Positions 1 to 12,402 of a stretch of 64,000 nt of DNA are shown piece after piece. The position numbers and the translations under genes are program-made. The notes below the pieces were generated by a model. The model was not told the DNA's origin. It did no database searches and worked only from the letters and a program-made list of their open reading frames with translations. Within the stretch, counting starts at the first letter, position 1; every line of letters begins with the position of its first letter. The stretch spans positions 5,208,001 to 5,272,000 of the forward strand of contig OZ024743.1 in NCBI GenBank assembly GCA_964016885.1, written 5' to 3'. This DNA is from Eledone cirrhosa (lineage: Eukaryota).

Positions 1-140
1 GTTTAGACTCCCCCCCTTTTATTTTTTTTCATCAGCATAATCATAATCTGCACATTCGAAGACGTTTCAATGTAAAAATATTTAAGAAAGTTATGAAAAG
101 AACAGTCTGGGCAAGGAGCATTAAACTGTAATTATGCCAT

Positions 141-1517
141 TGTCGAGCATTACCTCTGAACTTATAAAGGACGCTCTTTTTTTGAAGGTCAACTTTTCAC
201 AATTTACGCATACCCCAAACTACTTACCTTCATTATGAACAAACTATCAGAACCATACTGTGCACATCAGCAGTGACAGTTATCTGCCACTTATGAACTG
301 ACATTCAGCACATATCTGGAAAAAGCAACCCAGTGCCCCTATTAACTCAGACATCTACATAGCCTTGATAATGGAAGATCTTGACTATGGCCATAGCTCA
401 ACAAACATGATGATGTCAGGGTCTATAGCCCTGCTATCACTTCCCTTTCTTTGCAGGATATACATTTTGACTCCACCGAAATAACCCTCCTCTGTGCCAT
501 ATCCACTAGGAAACCACAACCAATTGTTCTACCAGCCTGGCACCAAAAAGTTTTTGACATCATTCTCAGACTTTCTCACCCTGGTACTAGAGCCACACGT
601 TGCCTGATGTCTTGCAAATTTTTTGCGCATGGTAGACCAAAACCTGTGTCCCCTATCAACAAGTAAACTAGTAGCAGAACCTCTCAACAGCTATGAACCT
701 CCACAGACCCATTTGAGCTATATCAACATCGACCTGGTTGGCCCCCTACCACCACTGTGTTACTCATATCTACTAACCATGGTGGTCCACTTCCCTCATT
801 GGCTTGAAATTGCCCATTTCAATCTCCCAGACAGCATCTCATTGAACTGGAGACATCAATTCACATGAAACACACAATGGTGAATTCATTCCAAACACAA
901 AATCAAACCCTGATGTTAAAAAGTATCTTGAACAGCTGAGAGACATCATAGACCAGTTACACCCTACTCCATCTCAACACACGGTACAGCAGTCCTCTAT
1001 TCCAAATGGTGTTCAAAAAACGTTTCTGTTCATTTGTCATGATGCATGGCAAAAACTCCTTCAGTCACCTTATGAAGTGATTCATCTAGAGGACATGTAA
1101 TTTCAACTCCTGATTGGAGGACAACAGAACACTGTTTCCATCGATAGATTGAAACCAGCCCATCTCAACATGCACAGCCCTGTCCAAGTTCAACCACCAA
1201 ACAGAGGATGGCCGAGGTAAATCACACCAACTCCTGACGATGAACAGTCACCAAAGAAACAACTCCTCATCCTGTATAGTTGTTTCTTTACAAGATGAGT
1301 AGTGTAAACACCTCTTATCAGTTCCAATAACAACAGTTCTGAGGGAGAGCTATGTAGAGCATTACCTGTGGACTTATAAAGGATGAACTGTGATTAGTTA
1401 GTTAACTGCATCCATTCACTGAGGATGTAATATTTGACTGTACAGCTGCAATAAAATACCATATCTAGTATCCTAGATATGGTGTTTTATAATCAGAGAA
1501 AGTCTATGTTCACACTA
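141..1517 (+). mobile_element. Degenerate, internally deleted Ty3/Gypsy LTR retrotransposon, upstream of the first HDDC2 exon found (probably intronic)
   Basis: Fragmented pol motifs: RNase H end TDIQHISGKSNPV (~297-335), integrase zinc region FDIILRLSHPGTRAT (~553-597), core INIDLVGPLPP (~722-754), C-terminal TVSIDRLKPAHL (~1131-1166). A polypurine tract GAGGGAGAG (1341-1349) precedes a TGT-starting 3' LTR at 1353, whose first 31 bp match 141-171 at 28/31. Right end approximate. Confidence 0.8.
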
Positions 1518-1765
1518 TATATATGAAATATGCATATAGAAAAATATATTTTCCATTTCTCAATTTCTTTTCTTTCTTCTCAAATTACTGCTTTCTTTGA
1601 TACTATAGGGATACTATACTGTAGTGTTTAATTCAAGCAATTTTAGGAACTACTTCAACCAAATGCATCTTTAGTAAATCGTACTGTTATGTATGATATT
1701 TATTTACCCACAGTGGCTAGAGTACACTCCCAAAATTAACCTGTGTATGATGGGTAACACTCTAT

Positions 1766-1935
1766 TATCATCATCACCATTTAGCATCCATTTTTCCATT
1801 CTTGCATGGGTTAGACGGGTCGTCCATGCCAGGAGGCATGTCTGGCCAGAGTTGGCTATGCTGCACCTTGCTCCAAGGTCTGTAAATCTGGCCTGGTATT
1901 TTACAGCCAGATGCCCTTCCTAACACCAATCACAT
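1766..1935 (-). mobile_element. SINE/LINE 3'-tail fragment (RTE-like tail with (CAT)n); related copies at ~2190-2240, ~4370-4640 and ~10020-10240
   Basis: Recurrent motif TTTTTCCAT(G/T)C..GCAT.GGTTAGAC and its reverse complement beside CAT/GAT repeats at several sites in the window. Family inferred. Confidence 0.5.
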
Positions 1936-2002
1936 ACAGTGTGGAATTATATATAATAATAAATGAATATCTACATGCATTTTTATTTTCAATTTTTTCT
2001 AG

Positions 2003-2127
2003 CGTATTAGGAGAACTGGATGGATTCGAAAAAATGTCAGTGACCCTGAAAGTGTTTCTGATCACATGTATCGGATGGCTATGCTGGCATTTTTGGCTGA
2101 CCCTTCACTTGGTCTTGACAGAGAAAG
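2003..2127 (+). CDS. HDDC2: HD domain-containing protein 2 (5'-deoxynucleotidase), first coding exon seen (likely exon 2)
   Basis: AG acceptor 2001-2002 and GT donor 2128-2129. Translates RIRRTGWIRKNVSDPESVSDHMYRMAMLAFLADPSLGLDRE(R), carrying the HDDC2 RTGW...PESVSDHMYRMA motif. Confidence 0.93.
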
Positions 2128-3178
2128 GTAAATAACTTGGGCAGTAAGGTAAAGAGACATTACCTTTTTCTAACACACAAACACATACAATCATCATTTT
2201 TACACCCATTTTTCCATGCCTGCATTGGTTAGACAATTTCTCTCCAGTACATCACCCTTCCATTTGTCTCTTTTGTGTGGTTAACCGTCCCGAGATAAGC
2301 TATCACCATTTCGCCATGTCTTCCTCAGTCTGTTTCTATGACATTTTCTTTCAACTTGTAACTTCTAACACTGTTTCACCCAACACACATCAGCCTCATT
2401 ATTTGTTTATTGCATCTGATTCCTCTTACATCCTGTTTTTCTTTCAATTTCTCCGTGTTTTGTCATTTAGGAACCTTTACTCTATATAAGTGAAGAAATA
2501 TGTGACAAAAAAAATGGATGGTAAAATGGGTTGCTTATATTCAAGGTCAATATTTTGCCAATTTTCACCAACTTCAAAATTCTATGTAAATGAGGTGCTA
2601 AAATATTTTCACTTTGGAGTTGGATGTTACACTGGTTTCACTTTTGATGTGAAATTTGTACTTCCTATTGTTTTTGATATGTTTTGAATGAATATGACCT
2701 TCAAAACAGTCAGAAATAGGTAAAAATGTCATTATGTAATGGAATGTATTTGTGTTTGGAAAAATGGTGCTGTTTACTATTTACATGAGCAGGATTGATA
2801 TTCTCAGCTGGGTTCGAAGTGGTATCATTACTGGCAGGTGTAAAAATCAGTCGGTGGAATTTGCAGATGACATGATGTTACTTAACTCGACAGAAGGTGA
2901 TCACCAATTTACTCTAAATGACACCTAAAACATCTTAAATATCAAAATATTAAAACTTCATGAGAATTTGAAAACTGCACCATCTAAACATAATGCATTG
3001 ATTATCTGCTTCAGCTTATGAACAGGGGTTTGGATTTTTGCCCATTTCTCAAACATAAAATATGGAGGAGGGGACGCGTATATTCAGATCAGCTTATATT
3101 GTACATCCAGCAGAGCATGTTCAATTCATTTCTTTTTAGCCTCCGTATATCCAACCAGGTCTTGGGGCTGAAGGTAAA

Positions 3179-3305
3179 CCCTTAGTAAATATTCCCAACA
3201 ATAAATACATGGCTGCAGTTGACAAATCCAACCAGTATTGTGCATACTACTCAAAATAATGTAAACAAACATGACATTTGACAGAGTAATGTAAATGCTA
3301 AAGGG
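3179..3305. mobile_element. Short MITE with CCCTT/AAGGG ends (piggyBac-like), shares its terminus with the 3424-3630 family
   Basis: Ends GAGTAATGTAAATGCTAAAGGG-TTAA, the reverse complement of the family's left end. The left end is degenerate (TAAA-CCCTTAGTAAAT). Confidence 0.5.
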
Positions 3306-3423
3306 TTAATGAACAGAGGCCACTGTAGTAGTTGTAGAAAAGGCAAAGTGAAATGACAACACATCTGTGGACCAGACTGTGTTGGCAAGTTATGTTATGG
3401 TAGTTAATAGTGGCCATTTTTAA

Positions 3424-3630
3424 CCCTTTAGCATTTACATTACTCTCTATATATACTATTGTATTTTTGTGGTAAAGGCTTTATCTCACATAATATCAAA
3501 TCTATGAAATTTTGATATTTATTTTGAGAACAATACCTTAACATCAGTGTGAGTGGCCAGTTACAGCCGGTTTGAACAGAAAGAGGTGAGAGAATTCTGG
3601 CCGGATATGGCCAGTTTAAATGCTGAAAGA
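3424..3630. mobile_element. piggyBac-like MITE, copy 1
   Basis: TTAA flanks (3420-3423 and 3631-3634); TIR CCCTTTAGCATTTA / TAAATGCTGAAAGA; internal sequence closely matches 8922-9125 and 9440-9632. Confidence 0.75.
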
Positions 3631-5278
3631 TTAAATGTAATCTAGAAAAATGACTTTATGCAGCACAGGTGGCACTATCCTGGTGTAGAAACAGTACTTC
3701 ACTGTAAATCTCACTTGAACTTTGTAAAGGGTTTTGTGGAGTTGAAGTCTTTTTCTTCTTTTTTCTTTAAGAAGAAAGCTAGTCTTTGCTATCACCAAAT
3801 ATCAAACACTTTGTATTGTTTACATGTCTACTACATTTTCATCAGATATTTTATTCCTGAATATGTACATAGTACCAGGATGGATAGTGACCTTGTAGGT
3901 ATAAATGTTGTTGCTTAGTTTAGAACGGTTACTACTTTAAATCCAGCCTGAGACTATGTATACATCCAGAAATAATATAACTAATAATGATCAGAAATTC
4001 AGCTGATCAAAACGTTTGTTGATGTGAATATTGAAAAAAAACAGGTTTTTCACCTCAATATGAGATTGATAGTAAAAAGATATTTTTTGTACATGTATGT
4101 CTGTACTTGATGTTGGATTGTTGAATGGCAGCAATCAGACACCACCAGTGATCAGAGCTACTTTTCAGATTCAGGGGTAAAGTTCACTGAGATTATGGAA
4201 TTGAATTGAATTCTATATAAAATTAATGAGTAGATTGATCTTCAGTTCAGTTTCATATTTTCTGCAAGTATTTCATGTTCTGCAATGAAGATTATATCAT
4301 ATATTACATTGCTTTAGTTTCTCTTTGCAAGATGTGGTCATCTGATGTGTCTAAACATGACAACCCATGCCACTACGTAAAGTGGTTGGTGATAGGAAGA
4401 GCATTCAATCATAGAAAACTTGCCAAATAAAGAGAGGACCCTTCATTTGTGTCAAAGATATGATGAACCTTCCTAGTTCTGGTGCCATGATAAAATGTTC
4501 AGTGCACTCTGTAATGTGTAGGATCATATGTAAGTGAGATGCAGCCCCCAGCCCATCTGAGAGATCAGTGGTTCTGATTAAGTACTGACTTGGTCTTTGA
4601 TGACCCATCTAACCCTTGCTGGTAGGGAATGTAGATGATGATATATGCATATATTCTGTTTTCTATATCAATCATGTATTGGGTCATTTTCCTCCTCTTG
4701 CCAGGAGAATAATTCCCTTTCTTTTTCTCTTCTTAAGAGATGGAATAAAAGTATTCATTGTTCAATGTAAACCATTCAGTTTAATATATTTTATATAGAT
4801 ATCTACACAGTTATTGTTTGTCAACAATTTGTAAGCTACCAAAGGAGTCTCTACAATATCTCGACCTGCAAGAAATGACAGTTATGTCTCCATAATATCA
4901 CACCCTGCATTGAATAGTGTAATCCTGGATACACTGTTTGAATAAAAAGTGGGATCGTCAGTTAGAATCATTGTTTCACGTCTATTTTTCATATTTGCAT
5001 GAATTATTAATAAATAGGTTGTCACATTTTGGGCTAGACAGGTCAGATGATTGTTTCACTCATCTGTTCCATGATGACATAGTTTCTACCAGATCCATTT
5101 CCTAACACTAATCTCTTCATAGTGTGTACTAAGTGCATTTTATCATGACACCACCACTACCACCTAATTTACCTAATCAGAGCTGATCTAGATTTAAACA
5201 ACAACTAATAATTTATCACTTTGCTGCTTTCATTATTTTCTGCCATGTTATATTTCCGTATTCCTTATTTGTTTTTAG

Positions 5279-5381
5279 ATGTATTAAACTATCATTGGTC
5301 CATGACCTAGCTGAGAGTATTGTGGGAGATCTGGCTCCATCAGACAATGTTAGCAAGCCAGAGAAACGGCGGAGAGAAGAA
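5279..5381 (+). CDS. HDDC2: HDDC2 coding exon containing the HD motif (likely exon 3)
   Basis: AG 5277-5278 and GT 5382-5383; phase compatible with the previous exon. Translates CIKLSLVHDLAESIVGDLAPSDNVSKPEKRRREE. Confidence 0.95.
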
Positions 5382-6141
5382 GTATGTGTATTCAGTTTAT
5401 GAATTATTTCTATTATTATTATTATTTTTATGGTAAAGAGTTGTGGATTGCAGAATTGTTACAGCATCCTGCAAAAGGCTTTGTGTTAATTAGTTAAGTC
5501 GTCCTTTTATGTTCTGAGTTCGCTAATTCAGGATATTGGACCAAGTGGATGAAATGACACATGGTTAAATAGCAAGGTAATATATGTTGTGGCAGACCTG
5601 TCTTACGTAGTAGCTTGGGAGTTGCTGTGTGGTCGCTTAGCCTGCTAATAATAACAAGTAAATCTCCCTCGTTACACGTAGCCAACTTAAAAAAGGAAGG
5701 GCATATTAGATAATGTAATCCTAGATAATATCTAAAAAAGGTGGAATGCCTTTAATCATAGGTCTGCTTAATCAGGGCTGACTTCATACCTAACAAAAAT
5801 GACCTATTAATTGATGGAATGAATTCTAGTATATTATTAATATCTAATTTTTAATTATTAAACCTGGATGAACAAAGGAAAGTCTGCATAGTGGGATTTT
5901 AAGGTAGCATTTGTGATAAGGAAAGATTTGAATATATTAAAGTAATACAGAATAAGAACTGATGTATTTGGTCCCGAAAATGTTCACATGGATCTGTTAT
6001 TTACAGGGTTTCCCTACCTCAAATTTATCATTACCAACATCAATTTCATCATCATCAACTTCAATTTTGATATTGCTAATTTGATTAACATCAGACTGAC
6101 TTTGTTTATTTAAGATAATTGTGCCTGATATTTTAGGAATA

Positions 6142-7402
6142 TGAGGGTCACTTGAAATATTCATAGGCTAACCAAGATATTCTCATAAAGTATATTTTTC
6201 AACATAGTCCCCCTTGTGGTCCATATACTTCCATTGATGTTGCAGTGCTTGATCCCATTGTTGAAGAAGTTTTCATCCTGTTGGTCAAAAAAGTTATCAA
6301 CAGCAAATATTATGTCATCATCACTGTGATACTGGTTCCCAACCAACTGGTTTTTCATGTTGGGGAACGGATGATACTCAGATGGGGCCAAATCAGGAGA
6401 ATAGAGTGGGTGATCAACCAATTCAAAGCCACAGTCATGCACAGCAGCCATTGAAAACAAGGACTTGTGTGCTGGAGCATTCTCCTGGTGAAGCATGAGA
6501 CATTTCGTCAGTTTTCTTGGGCATTTGGTCTTGATAGCCTTTTCTAATTGCCTCATCAAGTTGGCATAGTATTCTTCATTGATGGTGTGACTCTTTTGAA
6601 AATAGTCAATAAACACAATGCTTTTTGCATCCCCAAAAACTGAGGCCATCACCTTCTCTGCAGATGAAACGAACTTGGCCTTCTTTGGAGCAGGTGAGGA
6701 GGGGGTTTCCACTGCATAGATTGTCTCTTTGTCTCTGGCTCAAAGTAATGAACCCAACTCTCATTCTGGGTTAGGAAACGTTCAAGGAAACCAGCTGAAT
6801 CTGCTTCAAATGTAAGATTTCCCCGTGATGCGATCAACCTGGTGCACTTTTGATCAGGTGTCAAATGGTGTGGCACCCACCAAGTAGAAACCTTTGTCAT
6901 GCCAAGTTCATTGTGCAGAATATTCTCAACTCTTTCATGGTATATGCTAATATCATTGGCTATTTGATTTATAGTCAATCACCTGTCATCCCTCACCATG
7001 TCGTAAACATGGTCAATGTTTTCTTTGGTGGTGGGTGTTGCACAACGTCAAGACCTTGGGTCATCTTCAAGGCTTTCACTTTCTCTCCTAAATTCAGCTG
7101 CCCACTTTTGCACTGTTGATAAAGCTGGAGCATCATCCCCTAATGTCAGCATGAATGTCCTTCGAGGTTAAACCCTTTTTTGCAGGTACTTGAGAACACC
7201 ACAATGCCAAATTTTTGTCCATTTTCAAGAGAAGTCGCTACTAGTTACTTTTGAAATCTCCTTTGAATCATCAGATGTCGGTTTACCTGGAAAAAAACAA
7301 TGTAGTTATTAATTTGAAGAGTTGAAATTAATGCATGCAAGATTTCATTGCTCTAGCATCACTCTTTCATAGTCAGCCAATGAACTTTTCAGCCCACTCT
7401 CA
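6142..7402 (-). mobile_element. Full-length but inactive mariner (DD34D-type) DNA transposon
   Basis: TA target duplications (6140-6141 and 7403-7404); degenerate ~35-bp TIRs (TGAGGGTCACTTGAAATATTCATAGGCT vs reverse complement of TCAGCCAATGAACTTTTCAGCCCACTCTCA); 1.26-kb length; transposase motifs WVPHHLT and YSPDLAPS. Confidence 0.9.
6161..7222 (-). pseudogene. Mariner transposase pseudogene
   Basis: Split over ORFs 6161-6712 and 6649-6978 plus a frameshifted N-terminus (ATG at 7222). The three catalytic Asp positions read TQNESW, HQENAPAH and YSPDLAPSEY. Confidence 0.88.
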
Positions 7403-7942
7403 TATATCAAATGTGAATAATGTATAAAAGGCTAAACTGATATTATTTGCTTTTGTCTTTGTTGTGGTATGTATAGTATATAGTTTTAAATGTATGTTTA
7501 TTTATTGTATGTATATTTATGGTAATGTTGGGTGTGACAATTTCTTTATATAAAACTTGTAATCCTCTCCAGAACTTTTAAATGTTTACATTCTTTTAGA
7601 ATTCTTCAACAAGTAATCACTGGTTTCCATGCCCCACTCTTCATAATAAAAAAAAAATTTGCTCCATTTTACTGTGAATTTGAAATTAACAATAAAATTA
7701 AAGATGGTGATGGATGAAATTGAGACTGCCGAGGAAGTTGAAGTTGACAAATTTGAGATTGATGGTGATATAATTAATCTACAGGAGAAATCCTGTATAT
7801 ACCTCCAAACGTTTCATTGAAAATAGTCCAAATTATTTTTTCTTAATGTTGCAAGTCTGTAAGTTTTATTGTATTGTTTGAAATTGTTTTCTTCCAGTAT
7901 TAGTATTCTTATCATTGTCATATGTATTTATATTTCTTGCAG

Positions 7943-8011
7943 ACTGCCATGAATTTGATCAAAGACATGGTTGGTGGCTCTGTAGGGCAAGAATTTCTCC
8001 AGCTTTGGCAG
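7943..8011 (+). CDS. HDDC2: HDDC2 coding exon (likely exon 4)
   Basis: AG 7941-7942 and GT 8012-8013; 69 bp, phase 0-0. Translates TAMNLIKDMVGGSVGQEFLQLWQ, fitting the HDDC2 EAM...ELWE segment. Confidence 0.9.
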
Positions 8012-8181
8012 GTTAGAATGTTTATTATTATTGACACTATTCTGATTGTATATGTTTAGTGACAAAGATTTGCTGACCAGCCCTTCTGGTGGGGGCTCAA
8101 AAGACATATCTATCATTAATAAAGGTGTTACCAAGTACAGTCTACAGAGCACCTGCCAGCTTCTCTCTGTCAAATTAAACT

Positions 8182-8275
8182 AAATCATTCTCAGAAAATT
8201 TATTTGAACATTCACAAACCTATTCATACAGGAAAGAAACTGTATCACTATGATATCTGTGGTAAATCATTTGCT
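8182..8275 (+). pseudogene. Degenerate C2H2 zinc-finger array fragment inside an intron
   Basis: Reads HKPIHTGKKLYHYDICGKSFA, a decayed [21 protein letters not shown] finger/linker; the first Cys is mutated to Tyr. Confidence 0.7.
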
Positions 8276-8489
8276 TGGAGTTCTCTGTTGAACAGCTTTG
8301 TTATTGCTACACCACCTTTCTTTATTTTATCGACCCCCGAAAGGATGAATTCCATTGAGAAAATAAATATATAATTAGATTCATGATGCATATTATTATA
8401 TTGGATTATTAGGAGGGTTGTGAATTGGAAGAAGCATTAGATTATTGGAGAAAATACTTTGTGATGCTTGTTGTAGTTCTTTACGTTCT

Positions 8490-8662
8490 ATGTTCAATCT
8501 TGCTGCCCTTGTGCCTCAATTTGTAACCATTAGGTTAGCTTTGTCTTTCATCCTTATGGGTGTCGATAAAATAAAGTACCAGTCATGTATTGGGGTCAAT
8601 TTAATTAAGTTTCCCCCCCCAAAAAATTGCTAGCTTTGTCCCTAAATCAGAAACCATTATTA
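8490..8662 (+). mobile_element. tRNA-derived SINE copy (GCCTTTCATCC..GGGGTCGATAAA core family), degenerate
   Basis: CTTTGTCTTTCATCCTTATGGGTGTCGATAAAATAAAGTACCAG, as in other copies in the window. Confidence 0.6.
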
Positions 8663-8921
8663 TTTTTCCAGTGGAGAATTGGACTAAATATCTTAAAGTA
8701 TATTGTTTTGTCCGGCTATATTTTGAGATTAAATCTTACCATGAAAGTACCAGTTATGTACTGTGTTGTGACCTATGACTATATAAGAAATTCTTATTAG
8801 TTTCCTCTCTTTACACTTCTCTGCAATTACTAATCAAACAGAAATATTTAGTCTAAGACAGTGTAGTACTAGTGACATGATTTGATACGTCAACCAGTTG
8901 TCAGGTAGTTCTGGACCTTAA

Positions 8922-9125
8922 CCATATAGCACTTACATTATTCTATATTTGTTATTGTATTTTCGTGGTAAACACTTTGCCTCACATAATATCAAATGAG
9001 ATTTTGATATTATTTATTTTGAGAACCATACCATATCATAAGTATGAGCAGCTGGTTATAGCCGGATTGAACAGAAAGAAGTGAGAGAATTCTGGTTGGA
9101 TATGGCCGGTTTAAATGCTGAAGGG
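8922..9125. mobile_element. piggyBac-like MITE, copy 2
   Basis: TTAA flanks 8918-8921 and 9126-9129; homologous to copies 1 and 3. Confidence 0.75.
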
Positions 9126-9252
9126 TTAACAATTCAGCCAACCACACTCAAAGCAGCTGTTTTCTGTGTCATCTGTTTCATTTATTCTCATTTTTCCAGC
9201 TCCAATAAATTCTGCAATGTATTTCCCTTATTTTGGATTTCTATTTATATAG

Positions 9253-9391
9253 GAGTATGAAGATGGTACAAGCAAAGAGGCTGAATATGTTAAAGATCTG
9301 GACAAATTTGAGATGGTCCTGCAGGCTTATGAATATGAACAACTTGATCGAAAACCAAAATCTCTTCAAGATTTTTTCGATTCTACTAAAG
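9253..9391 (+). CDS. HDDC2: HDDC2 coding exon (likely exon 5)
   Basis: AG 9251-9252 and GT 9392-9393. Translates EYEDGTSKEAEYVKDLDKFEMVLQAYEYEQLDRKPKSLQDFFDSTK, with the conserved VKDLDKFEM.LQA.EYE motif. Confidence 0.95.
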
Positions 9392-9439
9392 GTATGACAG
9401 GAGAAAATATTTTCTCATGGTCACTTTCACCTATTTTAA

Positions 9440-9632
9440 CCCTTTAATCTTTACATTACTCTATATATACTATTATATTTTCACGGTAAAGACTTTACCT
9501 CACATAATATCAAATCTATTAGATTTTGAGAATAATACCTTAACATCAGTATGAGTGGCCAGTTACAGCCAGTTTGAAAAGAAAGAGGTGAGAGAATTCT
9601 GGCCGAATACAGCTGGTTTAAATGCTAAAGGG
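9440..9632. mobile_element. piggyBac-like MITE, copy 3
   Basis: TTAA flanks 9436-9439 and 9633-9636; CCCTTTA...TAAAGGG TIRs. Confidence 0.78.
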
Positions 9633-10421
9633 TTAATGCTAACCTAGACTGAACAGAAAAGCCAGTGAGAGTCAAATATTCTCCTGAATTAGAGGCCAGT
9701 TATTTATAACTAACATTTTTACTTGCTTTGGTGCCTATTCCCTATAGATGGTTGAATTGAAGTTACCACACAATTTTCTGATGATTTGAGTCAATCAATT
9801 GACTATTTATGATGATAAATGTATCTCAATAAGAGTAATCAACTCTCCTGCCCTTTTCATCTGGCACTTGTTCTGAGAGTTAGATGAACTGATGTGATGT
9901 AGAAATCAAGTGTTCTGCCCAAAAACACTTGAAGGAGAGAGATTTAGACCCATGACTAGGTCACCAATACTTTATCCACTTTGCTATTTTGTTTCTACAG
10001 TTGTACATAAGAGCATCTTTTTTAACACGTACCCAGTCCACACAGTAAAGTGGTCGTGCAGGCGTCACAACAAAAAGCACTCAGTACTCACTGTAAATGA
10101 GATTGGCGCTAGGGAGGGCATCCCACTGTAGAAACAAAACCCAAATCGGTTCTGTATGAGCATGACATGGTCACCTGACCTGACTTTGCTCACAACAGGA
10201 TAACTCGTCTAACCCATGCCAGCATGGAAAAGTAGACGTTAAACAGAGTCTGTAATCAAATATTACTTTATCAACCATTTTAACCTTCTTCAGTTCTATT
10301 GCTTACTTTTTTATTTTATCATTTTATTTCACATTTTGAACATGGAAATCATCAACCAATAACTAGCTGATGCTTAAAATTTAAAATAACTCTTATTTAT
10401 GTTTTGTTTATAATCCTCTAG

Positions 10422-10489
10422 ATCGCTTCACGACTACACAAGTACAAAAGTGGATGAGTGAGCTTGAAAAAATCCGAGAAAATTCCTAG
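10422..10489 (+). CDS. HDDC2: HDDC2 terminal coding exon
   Basis: AG 10420-10421; phase-1 junction gives D-RFTTTQVQKWMSELEKIRENS with TAG stop at 10487-10489. Confidence 0.88.
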
Positions 10490-10577
10490 TCTACATATAT
10501 TTATTAAAAAAATTTTAATTCAATTTAAAATTGTCTTTTGTTTATTTTTAATGATGTTTTGAAAGATTTTTTTTTTA

Positions 10578-10583
10578 AATAAA
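10578..10583 (+). terminator. Candidate HDDC2 polyadenylation signal
   Basis: AATAAA ~90 bp after the stop, followed by T-rich sequence; ATTAAA at ~10503 is an alternative. Confidence 0.45.
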
Positions 10584-12402
10584 TATTTTACTTTTAAGGA
10601 TATTTCTTTTCTCTTAACCCTTCATCATCATGTTGATCTAGTCACATTGAGAAGAAAGAATGGAATGTAAAATGATGAAATATAAAGGGAATGACAAGGA
10701 CTAGTGTTACAGAAGAATGGGATGGGGGAGGGTGATAATGGGGATGCAGCCCGCAGACAAGACTACAAAAGTATTCCCATGGACAATGGCCAGCAACACC
10801 TACTGCAACAGCCACCCCACTTCGCGGGGCTCTTTCCTCAGACTGGTGGGGAGTAGTTTCTTAGATGTTATCTAACCCTAGTAGGAAACAATGTTTGGGG
10901 ATTTAGCACATTAGCTTCATTTGTCAATACTTTCATGTATTGACTAATGGAGCTAATGTGTCAGAGAATGGATATACATAATTTATTACTCGAAGATAGT
11001 GGGGGGAAAACTTGATTTTAGTGGTAGCAGTACAGATGATCGGAGGGAAAGAACCTGATAAAAATTTGCTTGCCAAGGAACTGTAGTTAAGATAGGAGTT
11101 GAGATTTTGTTTGTTGAATAAAATGTGTTTAATCTTCCTTTGGATGGCTGCTCCTGGTAAAAACAACAAAAACATGCTCGTTGGTATCACAAGAGGTACA
11201 ATTTATTTTCATTGCAATACATAATCGACGCGTGAGAATTCCTACAAGGTGTACAACTTCATGAAAAGCTTTACCACTCCTCCCTATTCTCTCATTGCTA
11301 CTGTTCATGATTGACTTCCGAGACCTTAAAAGAGAAGTAACATAATCTAAGCTAATGTTTTCTTGTTATAGGCTGGTTCACTCAAGTGTGTCAATATGCT
11401 TCAGTGCATAATCCCTCATCACATTTCATACTCTCGTCGAATATCGTTGCACACAGAAAGAACTACCTCAATACACAGCAGGTTAAAAAGAAATGTATAT
11501 ATTAAAAAAAAAAAGTCTATTCAACGAGTTTTCTCACATGGGAACTGTGAATATACAGTGTTTCCACAGTAGATTTTTGTCTTAATGTCGCACGTTTTTT
11601 TGTTACAGCTGTTGCATTTCCCGACATTTTACAGAATTGACATGGTTTCGATTTGTTAGGGATATTCACTTGAAGCCATTGTGTTGATTAACAACAAAGG
11701 ATTCCAGCTGTTGTGAGAATAAAATTACTTCTAAAGAAGCCACAAATAATGATAAGATTAAAATAGCTGGCTTGTTAATGATAATCAAAGCATAATAGAA
11801 TCTTATAACACTGCTTTTTACCGCTATTGTTGTGGTGGTTGTTTTTATCGATGGTATCGTAATTCTAGCGTGGATACTGATAATGGATAAGTTACCTTGT
11901 TATTTCTTTTACAAAAGAAACATCGTTTTGGCTGTCAAATCTATATTGATTATCAACCAAGTTATCGATTTGTCAGAGCAATCCAATTTTCTTTGTACAG
12001 GGTATTTTTCTTTTCAATTTCTTTCTCAACTGAGGCCATCATTGTAAATTAAGAAGTGGGTAACTTTTAACGAAGAAAACTATATTTATGTTGCTAAAGG
12101 ATGTGAAATAATTCATAGATATCAGGCTAACAATACGTTGAGTAAGCTATTGATTAAATCGAGGCCCAGTGTTATAAACGTTAGACCAATCACGTCAAGA
12201 TATGAACTCAGAAAGATAAAACTAAGAAAGTTAGCTTGGTTTTCAATAGTGTTTACCATCTATCGTAAGGATAGCGAAAAAGTAAAAATGATCAAGTGCC
12301 AGGGAAAATAGCTTAGGTTATTTTTTTTTTTATATTGAGGTGATAAAATAAACATTAGCAATATACTAGGGTTAATTTAGCTACAGCTCTCAACTTAAAA
12401 TA

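Noticed and set aside
1-2002. HDDC2 first coding exon
   Set aside because: No convincing ATG-containing exon with a phase-0 donor; the region is Gypsy/SINE-derived, so the exon probably lies upstream of the window.
6002-7797. Loose inverted similarity between ~6002-6090 and ~7680-7797 as an outer element around the mariner
   Set aside because: Similarity is too degraded to tell one element from two separate old repeats by eye.
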